This document shows positions 54,001 through 64,000 of a DNA stretch of 64,000 nt, piece by piece; the stretch's first letter is position 1; each line of letters begins with the position of its first letter. Under the pieces are notes generated by a model. That model saw only the letters and a list, made by a program, of their open reading frames with translations, had not been told where the DNA came from and ran no database searches. The DNA is taken from assembly GCA_051362555.1 (NCBI GenBank), contig CM120641.1:20832001-20896000 (forward strand). The letters are read 5' to 3'. A program made the position numbers and the translations under genes. This stretch comes from Lingula anatina (taxonomy: Eukaryota; Animalia; Brachiopoda).

Positions 54001-57000
54001 CTGAATGATGTTGCTTTAATGCTAAAAATGTTTCCTTAAGCCCCAAGTTACCACAAAGATAAGTTATTACTTGAGTCATTGAACTTATGCAGTCTATTAA
54101 TGACACCATTGTCTTTGGCAGTAAAGCAGTTGGCTTACTTGACTTGGTGATCTAAGTTCGACGAAACTACTCTGGTCAATTATTCAGCAGTGCAATCCAG
54201 TCTCCCTGAAGATTATCAGTAATTTATTGATCTGGGGCCCTCCTGAAACTTCAGTAATGAAGAGATAAGATGTAGAGGACCTTAGTCAACTCCGTTATTC
54301 CTTACTGATTTCTCTCCCCAGCTTCATCTCATTGTTTTATCTGCAAACATAACTTTAAGCTTATAATACACATTCAACAGTGATTTATTGTTTTTGAACA
54401 GACTTGGTTAAATATCATCAACTTAGATATAAAACACCCTTTCAAGATCCGTCACTTGTTTCACAAGGTCATTTATTTATAATTTTTTTGCTGCAGTTTT
54501 TGTTTCTTTGATGAAATAGTTGTAGCTCAATGTTTATGAAAAAGATTAGTTTGAATAATACATTCAATTTTGAAAGTGATAGTCTTGATGTATATTTATG
54601 CTTTTGTGATGAAAGTGCGTCAGACAGGCAATGTATTGTGACTGAAGGAGTCCACTTAATATGTTAATTAAAGTATAATGTGTTCCTGTTGGACTATGTA
54701 CTTGTTCAAAATATGATTTCAATGATTTGTGATTTTGCACTTTCTTCTTTGTTGCACGAAGATTGTCATACATATTAGAGAGTTTCCGGTGCATTTGGGA
54801 TACGACGGCTAGATTGTTACGTATGTGCTAATGTATCCAGTAATGCGCTTCTCTCTTCGCGTTCCGGTAATGTCCCGGAATGCTGGCGCTCATTCCAATA
54901 TAATAATAACAATATACGGCCCCGTAGCCATCTATTTCCAAGGGGGGGGGGATTCTTTTTTATGAAAAAGGAGACAAATATTACCCAAAAGTGTAATTTT
55001 TCCCGACAAAAATGGCGGTTCGTAAGAACCCCACGATCAACCCCCGACTACGTGCCTGATAAACCAAAACTAGCAGCTCCTCTCTGTTAAAAAGTCGAAA
55101 TTTGCATGAACGTACACTTGAACTATTGTAAAAAAGTATATAAGTCATATAAATTAGCAAACAAAACCTTTAATAACTATTTTCAATAATCTTCCGCACT
55201 GGCTAGATAGGAGCGCTTGTATTCCGCAGACTAGATGGGATGACGGTATATGAATGCGGTGAACGTCACAAGTGCGCACAAACCGATGACGTATTAATCT
55301 AGCCAGCGTATCTCACCGGCAACGGAAACTCTCTATTATACCAGTATTACTGGAACAATTGATAAGAAGAGGGAAAGATTGGCTCATAATCAATTTTTGA
55401 TCCAGCTAATGAAGGGATAGAGACATTTACTTTAGGATTAATGGCAATTAGTTTTAATAGTAAATAAACAAACTAGCGATTCTTAGCATTCTAGTTTGAT
55501 GATAAATCTTTTGGTATGGTTTGCAGCAAAACCATACACCTTGTCTCAAAGTGGCTTCTGGCCCATTTAATAAGTGCAGATAGATATCCAATTAGATGAT
55601 GTTCTAATGTACCCCCCAACCCCATATTTTAGACGATAGGCTTACTCGTGACTAAATTTGTAATCTCTGCCTGTCTGAATGATGTTGCTTTAATGCTAAA
55701 AATGTTTCCTTAAGCCCCAAGTTACCACAAAGATAAGTTATTACTTGAGTCATTGAACTTATGCAGTCTATTAATGACACCATTGTCTTTGGCAGTAAAG
55801 CAGTTGGCTTACTTGACTTGGTGATCTAAGTTCGACGAAACTACTCTGGTCAATTATTCAGCAGTGCAATCCAGTCTCCCTGAAGATTATCAGTAATTTA
55901 TTGATCTGGGGCCCTCCTGAAACTTCAGTAATGAAGAGATAAGATGTAGAGGACCTTAGTCAACTCCGTTATTCCTTACTGATTTCTCTCCCCAGCTTCA
56001 TCTCATTGTTTTATCTGCAAACATAACTTTAAGCTTATAATACACATTCAACAGTGATTTATTGTTTTTGAACAGACTTGGTTAAATATCATCAACTTAG
56101 ATATAAAACACCCTTTCAAGATCCGTCACTTGTTTCACAAGGTCATTTATTTATAATTTTTTTGCTGCAGTTTTTGTTTCTTTGATGAAATAGTTGTAGC
56201 TCAATGTTTATGAAAAAGATTAGTTTGAATAATACATTCAATTTTGAAAGTGATAGTCTTGATGTATATTTATGCTTTTGTGATAATAGATGATTACAAT
56301 GAAGGGGACTTGACTCAGGGATTTATTTCTGGACCAGAGCTCATATGTTAACACAGGAATTTAGTTTTAATGCTGACATTATTACTAGTACTGCATTTTC
56401 ATGTATTTTTTTTAATCCACAAAAGAAGATGTGGATAGTTATTTTATGAATTACAGAAGCAGGCTTTATCTATCATTATATGTTGAAGAACTGAATCTCT
56501 GTGTGTACTCAAAAAATGTTTTGATAATAGTAAGTCTACAAAAACCATGAGTCATTGTGAAAGCACTCTCTTGGCCATATTTGTCATGTTGAAATTTTAT
56601 GTAGTCAGAAGGCCTGTCAGCTATGTTTTGATAGGTATTTGCTAGATTAAAAAATATCTTTTACAGTGTACCTAGGTTATTAATTTATCAGATAATTAAG
56701 ATAAGAAATTTTTAGGTAAAGATTCATAAGCTAGTTGAGGTTTGTTTCAATTTTAGATTTATCTTAAAAATGGGTGATAAAATAAACCGTAGACACCAGT
56801 TGTTATTGACTTCAACCTATTTTTACCATTTTTGGTTAAATTGGCTTATCTTAAAAAATTCATTCCTTTTTTTTCTGCCCCACTATCCAGACATGTAAAG
56901 ACAAGTGATCTTTTATCTCTGACCTACAGTCAGACTAAAATCCATTCAACGGTGATATTTTCCAAAGTTTGCACAGAGTAGGACTACTTCAGACTCGAAA

Positions 57001-60000
57001 CCAAACTATCTTTAATTTTCAAATGACCAGATCAAAATGTTTTATAGTAATTCACAAATTTCAAAAAACCATTTCACATATCTTGGCATTATATTTCTTC
57101 ATAACTTGAATGATTATTTTTGTTTACTTTTCCACAATTATCACATAGCAATGGTTAAGACTGTCTGAAACACATCGGTGTATCTAGATCTGGATTTGGC
57201 AGTGTGAGTTGGTCAGGTATTCAGTTTAAAAAGCTACTTTTTTTACCGTTTGTTAGAACCCTCTTTTTTCCCAAGCATTGAAATGGGTACATCTACTTGT
57301 ATCAAATCTTAAACAGGGAAGATCTTCATTCTGGCATGTTGGACTTAAACAACTTCTCAGTTTCCCCCAAAATACCATACACCAGCGGGAGCAGAATACA
57401 TCTACAGGGAATAACAGTTTGTAGAAGACCATGTTTAGCAAACATCCCTGTAGAATTTACGTGGTCCACCCAACTCAGCCATCTCTTCTATGATAAAGCG
57501 AACATTTTGGCACATGCTTTGCAGTTTTCACCTGCCATTTGGGTTCTTCCTGCTGAGGAGGTACAGTACTTAGATTTGCTCTTATGAGGAATTGTCTCAC
57601 TCTTAGAAATTATCTCAGATATTTAAAGCCATGTTACATCTTAACAGCAGTTTAGATTATCTATTCGAGTATAGCAATGGGAATTTGTAAAAATTTACAA
57701 TATCTAGGTAATGAATCTGGTATTTAAAAAATGTTCTTTTGAAGAGACATTGTAAGGTATTTGTAAGATGAATAACAGTTTCCAGTCCAGGGATATTCAC
57801 AGTGCAGCTATGTGAATGTGTATTTTGTGACATTCTTTTAACTATTCAGAGGTAGAGAGTGCAGAATACCATAGACCATATAATGATAATGGTTCACCTT
57901 TAAGCTGGAGGCAAGGATGTGCCAATCATATCACCCTCAACGATACAATTTTGACTATAAATAGTTTCTGGTTTAGAAATGGATGTGTCTAGTCTACAAA
58001 AGCTGCTACATCTTTAATTTGTGAGTACTAGTACTAACTACTTCTCTACTCAGTACTGGCTTTTGGTGTTTTGTATTTTGTATTGAAATTTAGAAGGAGC
58101 AGTAATGCATATTATAAGGTGTCCAAATTTTCTGCATGCAGATAGATCTGTTTTTAGAATGTGTTAAAATTGCCAGTGGCAGACATTCTTGCATGAGACA
58201 CAACATATAATCTTGTCGGTCATGTGCCAAGACCTTAGGCTGAAAATCTATTAGAAAGTACCCTGATGAACAGGTTCAGTTTGTGTTCACCACTCCAAAC
58301 TTACATCAATCTGCCCAGCTCCTTAACACATTTTTAGTCACCTACATAATTCAGTCTCTGTTTATCTCTGATTTTTTTTGTAGCAAAAAAAAAAAAAAAC
58401 AAAAAACAAAAAAAATTGTATGTGGAAGTGCAATTTTTAGATAAATTGCTTGGTGAAGTATGTATATGAGTAAGAGTTTGCATCTTGCACTATATATTAG
58501 ATTTATGCAATCGACAAAGTCTGGGGTTGAAAGATAATGGTACAAATATGGCATTGTTGCCCGAGTTACATAAGCCTTACAGTTTAGAGTATTGAGAAAT
58601 GGTATATATTCCTGCTTTTACAAACACAGGTTGATTAGTATACTTATGGTGCTTAGCCAAAATGATTCCTTTTTATCTGTAAAATAAATTGTTTTCACAT
58701 AGTTGGAGGTTGATAACAGCCCCTAGTCCTTCTTGTTTACCCCATGAAGTGGGCACATTTATCCATAATTAATTTATCAGCTTCTGGTGATGCATTGATG
58801 CACCATCTATGTTATAACCACATTTTGATTTCCTATATTTTATTTGTAGCTTGACCCACCTTCATGTTTGCATAGGCTATTGTGTAGTAGGTTTACTGAC
58901 ATTCTTGAGGTGTGTTTGGTAAAGACCATAATACACAGAGATGAGTCAAGCGTAAATTAAGAGGGAAGGGAGGATGGGAATTTTATGATACAGTGCCACT
59001 TGCTAAATGTATGTTTTTAGTAAATAAAAGGCTATGAGAAGTCAATGAATTATCATAAATTTGTGTTGTAAGAGAGGCAGCTCCAATGGAAATGACAGCA
59101 TCTTTCCGTTGAACACCCACCACTCCTCCTCTCCTCCCCCGAAATTGGTGGCTGTCATCACAGGGCCAAATTCTTGACATGCTTCCAACAGGATAGAGTG
59201 ACACAGGTAGTGGGGCCCAGAGTGCTAGGTGGACTAGAGGTGGTGGTGCAGCAGGTAGCCCGGTGAGTTACTGACCTGGAACCTTGACAAGACAAATGTC
59301 CCCTCTTTGAGAGACACCAGGGGCCTGTTGCACAAAACAACTGTTAGCCCGAATTTTTCTCTTTTTGAATTTTTAGACCAATGTTTTAGTCAACTTTTAC
59401 CCAAGACAAATCAGTAGTAGTCCAATTGAATAAAAGTCTGCTTGTTTTAAAGCAAAGATTATTTAATTGGACCACTATGAATCTATCTTGAACTGAAGTT
59501 GACCAACTTTTTGGTCTAAAAGTTTAGACCAATTTTGGGTTAAAGTTCTTTTGTGAAATAAGCCCCAAAAGTTAAATCATTAGCTGACTTTATAAGCGTT
59601 AGGTTAGTGCAAGAAGAGTCTTTACAAATTCTTGGTTTGTGGGACCTCCAGTATCCTAGATGGTGTTTCAGGTTAAAAGTGGTTAAATAATCAAGATGCA
59701 GCACCTGTGATAAAGAGCCATCTGTTTCATTTTGATCTCGTAGGTGAGTTGGACAAGTCAGGGAACAGAACAAACACTGTACAATATATATCCTAGCACG
59801 GATACATTAGCATTCAAGTTGTGCCTAGTCAGATGAAAATACTGCCATCATTGTAAACAAAATGTGCTGTGCATTCAACTTAAGGAGTACATAATGCATG
59901 TGGGTTCTGATATTTTCCTGATTTAAATATAGTTGAACAAGATGATGAATTGCTATTGACTAATGACATACATGTACTACTATCAGAAGTCTTGATTTTT

Positions 60001-62951
60001 GAGAGGTTAGGTGTGTTAAATGACAAGGTACTAATTTAAAACTGATAACAAAATGCATCAGAAATACAAATTGAGGACAGCATTGGTCCTCGATACAAAT
60101 AACAATTGTATTTATATATTCTTGATTTATTTTTTTCAAACTTGCTATTTTTTTTTTCATTTTTTTTAGAATGGTATGCAGAAGAATACAGGTTTCTTTG
60201 TAAATATTCAGTAGGAAGAGGATGCAAGTTGCACGCTCTGCTTAACCCATTATTTGTAGCGAAGGCATCAAAGGAATTTCCCTTATCTTTTATCCTAATT
60301 CTCACTATTATCATTGTAAACATTGATGACCTTTTTAGAATGGGGTTTGAAATGGATTTCGCAGGTAGACAGGAGAGCCTATCCATGACTCCTGGCTTTG
60401 GTTTCCCTGGGCTCAGGGTGAAGTGTAGAATATCTGCACAAGATCACATCAGGTGAATAACAACATTATGAGAAATAGGTTTGGATGTTCTGTAACTCAA
60501 ATTTTTCAAAAGTTCTATGTATCATTATCATTAGTATAAAAAATACCTGGAAACAGGAATTGATAGTCAAGTTGAGCAGATAGGGTTTTATGTGTAGATT
60601 TGGCAAGGTGTATAATGCATGCTTAGAAAGCGTGATATAATAGACTAGTGTCTTCTAGCTTGACAGGATCATTTTACAGGTTGGATTATGCTCTGTGTTG
60701 TAAAGCCAGTAAAATGTCATTAAGCAAAACCAGACAAACTGTGAATGAAAAAGACCAGTGTACACTTGGAGGCCCAACAAAATATTCTTGCTGTTTAAGT
60801 TGAATAAGATGCTAGGTGCCTGCCTTGAAACAGGGTAGCCAAAGTTCAATTTCAATGCAGTTTTGAATTGAGGTCCTCGGTCAGACTTAGCTTTTAAAAT
60901 TTTATGTAACAGATTTTTTTCTTAGGTAAAATCTTGAATCTTTGCATACCCAAACAAATTCTACAATCTCAATGTCCGAGTCATGTGGAGTCTAATGTAA
61001 TTTTAAGGCAATTCTCGTTCACCTGTTGCTGGATAGGGCCTGGGGTTACACAGTGCAAACTTTGTGGTTGTTATCTAATACCAGGATTATTTGTGATAAT
61101 TGGTGGGTTTTGGTTACATTGGATTAAAACATTGGGCTCAGATTACCTGTATTATTTGAGCAGTGGGTGAGTGGTAGTTGGCAGCAGGAGGGTACCCAGT
61201 TGGTCCAGCTTTATTAGTAGAGATGATACTGTATTTGGAAATTTAGTAATCATAAAACACATTTCCATTTTGTAAATATAATTTTTTAAATGGAGAAAAC
61301 ATTCATCTTGTGCAGTGAATGGCTCTTATTAAGTATATTATATGAATGTTTTTTTTTATAAAAGCCCCAAATTACAATATAGAATTAGCCATTCTCCTTT
61401 GAAAGATTACTGCAAAAGTAACATCATGATAATAAAAAGTAAATGTCATTAATGCAGTCTTTCCTAGTAATGTCATTTAACAACGTCGACTGGTAATTTT
61501 GTTAGTAGGATTCTCTTTTATTTGAATTTCACCATTAGGGCACACTGATACAAGTGATGAAACTTCCTGTAGAGTATTGAATAAAGATCTCCTTTCAAAG
61601 CTGCGGTCTTCATATAGAGCTTTTTTTTCTGTAAGCAGACTCTGATCTTGGGCACAATGAGCTGTAACATACTTGAGCGAGCTTAAGGATTGGCAGTTTG
61701 GTTGCAATATTATTCACTTTCAGGAATCCAGAGAACACAATAGGAGAGACACAAAATATGTTGATTTATATTCCATTCAAAATGTTTATGGTCACACTGG
61801 AGAGTTTTGGGTAAAGGGTTACTTTTAAAGGTAGGCGTGTTGGCAATATGGTGGAGAAGTTTGTAAAATCAAACAATCTGCTTCCCATGGGGTGAATTGG
61901 TAGAAGATGACGTTGAAATGGATTCCTTATGTTCTTGTTGTGTAAAGAAGTTTTTATTTTCTCCTTGCAGACCCAGATCTGACAGGCATTCAAGATGCAT
62001 TTGTTATGGCATTTTCGGAAGAACAGCGGCAGCGAATAGAGAAATATGGTGGATTTGCTAGAGTGAAGGATGAGGATATGAAAAAGGAGAAGTATGATGG
62101 TCAGCGTTATCAGATATCTGCACCAGAAGAAGTAGACATAGAAACAGAACCTAGTCCCGTGACAAGTAAAGGAGGGCAAAGCAATTCAGCATTTTTGAAT
62201 AGTGAAGATATTATGGAAGGGAGTGCAATAAATGGACACCACATTATGAATGGACACATAGGCCCTGATGTACAAGTAAAAGTGAAACACAAAGGAATGG
62301 AAAATCCAGATATTGATATGATTGAGGGAAGAATGACCCCTACCAAAGTGGCTCGCCGTGATTCGCCACAGGATTATGCAAAATATGGACACCAGCAAAA
62401 TGGCAGTGCAAACAATCTCCATCAAGAAAATGGAGAGGAGAATGGGATAGATGGTCCCCATCGGGAAATGGCCATTGACTGCCCACCTAGTTTTGTTGCT
62501 GAGAGCAAAGAGCCCCCCAGGTACCCCCCAGTCAATGGAGGTACAAGGCAGCTGGGGTCAGGACGAGGGAGGAATGAACACAAACCAAAATCATGGATAC
62601 CTATGCATCAACAGCAGCAATATCAAATGACTAAGGAAGAGGAGCTAGAAAGACTCCGTTATCATCAGGAAGAATTGAGGAAACGTCGCGAAGAAGAAAA
62701 CAGAATTCAGAGAGAACAGGAATTTTTGCGTACTTCACTTCGAGGCTCTAAAAAACTCCAGGCATTGGAGGATAAAAGGCCTGCATCCCCTCCAACAGGG
62801 TTTGTGAACACAGCCTTCGAGGAAGATGATGAGGAAGAAGCCACTGGAGCTGTGGCTGCTGGTGGAGAAGCAATACCTATGAAACCAGTCAAACCACCCA
62901 GACATTTTGACCAAGTGGACCAGAAGCCTCCACCAGCAGCAAAACCACTTG
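50700..62951 (+). CDS. PALS1: PALS1/MPP5 (stardust) MAGUK, partial 5' exons; gene continues beyond the window
   Basis: Large exon 61971-62951 (phase 1/1) encodes HREMAIDCP (Par6-binding ECR1 motif) and ELERLRYHQEELRKRREEE...EQEFLRTSLRGSKKLQALE (ECR2-like coiled coil). Upstream in-phase exons 50700-50809 and 51903-51960 encode the C-terminal half of a PDZ domain. An internal ATG at 62006 could start a short isoform. Confidence 0.85.
52933..56284. repeat. Near-perfect tandem duplication, 2 x ~1675 bp
   Basis: Copy 1 52933-54607, copy 2 54608-56281; the only difference I saw is G11 versus G10 in a homopolymer; GAT microhomology at the junctions. Confidence 0.95.
53102..53660. mobile_element. 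Harbinger-like MITE carrying a nested small MITE (duplicated at ~54777-55334)
   Basis: TIR AGAGAGTTTCCG.TGC / GCA.CGGAAACTCTCT with 3-bp ATT flanks; nested GGCCCCGTAG...CTACGTGCCTG element at 53242-53384. Confidence 0.75.
59319..59566. mobile_element. Palindromic MITE
   Basis: Ends GGGGCCTGTTGCACAAAA / TTTTGTGAAATAAGCCCC with an extended internal imperfect inverted repeat (TTTAGACCAA...TTGGTCTAAA). Confidence 0.65.
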
Positions 62952-62987
62952 GTAAGTTTTAATTAAATTATTAAGTTTTAAAGAAAT

Positions 62988-63016
62988 ATATTTATTTATT
63001 TATTTTATTTATTTAT

Positions 63017-63051
<35 letters not shown>
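62988..63051. repeat. Compound (ATTT)n(TTAG)n microsatellite
   Basis: Tetranucleotide arrays just after the PALS1 exon donor. Confidence 0.85.
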
Positions 63052-64000
63052 TCGATGTACAGTATTGTGAGACATGTATCTTCAATATTGTTTTATTACA
63101 TAAAATGTGTATTATTTGAGACAATGTAAAAGATACAGAAAAAAAGATTGCCTTTTTTTCTGACGATGAAAGGTCATTAGAATTGTTGATACCGTTCAGT
63201 CCCAATCACTGAGAGATATTTCTGCTTGGGCTTCTCTATGTGGATTCTGAACAAAACTCTTTCTGACTAAAAGAAGTCTGCAATATATTGACTTTGAATG
63301 TACACCCAGTTCCAAGGGTCATAAGATAAAAAAAAAAGAATTCAGCTTTGAAACAAAACAGTTCAGTGTGCTGCTCTTAGAAAACATTACAAAGAGCAGG
63401 GGGTTGTGATTGGATGTTTGATGCCTGACAAATGGCTCCATCTGGACCAGATTGTGTTCCCCCATGTGGGTGTGTAAGGTGATCTTCTTGCCCTCTTCCA
63501 ATATTTGCCAATCTAGAGCTTGGGAAGAATCATGGCCGCCAGCTGCCCAACTTGTTCTTGCTGAATTCACAGTAGGTTTTTACTTGGTTTTTCTTAAGAT
63601 TAATCAACTAAAAGAGGGTGATTTGTTGGAACCAAAATGTTGATATTAGTCACCATGTTTTACTTATCAGGGTGCATTGCTTTAAAATGGCTATTCTTTA
63701 CCTCATGCAATTTCATGCCATTGGTATTCCTGTGGATAGTAGCAATTGGATAGTAAAAACTGGAATAGTTTTCTGCATGAGAAAGATATGAAAATCAAAC
63801 CCATTGGTTGAGATAACTTGTTAGTCTACTTCCCATATGTACCCTGGTTTGCCCTTAGACAGAGATTTAAGAGATGTTTTGAGAAGCGGATATATTTCAT
63901 AAATCTTGGGCTCTCATCAGGATGTCTCCTGCCAGGTTCAAAGAACACCATGCTATGTATAGAGCTCACCCAGTGATGTATGTTAGTTGGATAACAACAT

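Noticed and set aside
52802-54794. Duplicated ORFs MHRKLSNMYDNL...
   Set aside because: By-product of the tandem duplication; they start inside a MITE terminus and have no recognisable domain.

Overview
AT-rich, intron-rich animal genomic DNA (a lophotrochozoan/mollusc-like invertebrate is my inference; the species cannot be determined from the sequence). The first ~40 kb is a compact gene block that I spliced by hand from GT-AG boundaries and reading-frame phase: MRPL58/ICT1 (-, runs off the left edge), tRNA-Leu(AAG), a STYXL1/MK-STYX-like rhodanese+DSP phosphatase (-), UBE2S (+), RNPS1 (-), LSM5 (-), SRP54 (-), a C16orf89/UPF0764-like gene (+) and an unrecognised 9-exon, 227-aa gene (-). 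The last ~24 kb is the mostly intronic 5' part of a PALS1/MPP5/stardust MAGUK gene (+). Many MITE/foldback elements and microsatellites are scattered through the introns, and there is a 1.67-kb near-perfect tandem duplication. The main signals are: (1) a 471-bp element in UBE2S intron 1, made of a perfect 192-bp TG...CA foldback followed by a tRNA-Lys(UUU) primer-binding site; (2) a pair of duplicated, probably mutually exclusive exons 47 nt apart in the C16orf89-like gene; (3) a STYXL1-like protein with an intact HCxxGxxR catalytic motif; (4) the orphan spliced gene; (5) a U12-type intron in LSM5; (6) an extra N-terminal PDZ spliced onto PALS1. Family assignments rest on recalled motifs, not database searches.
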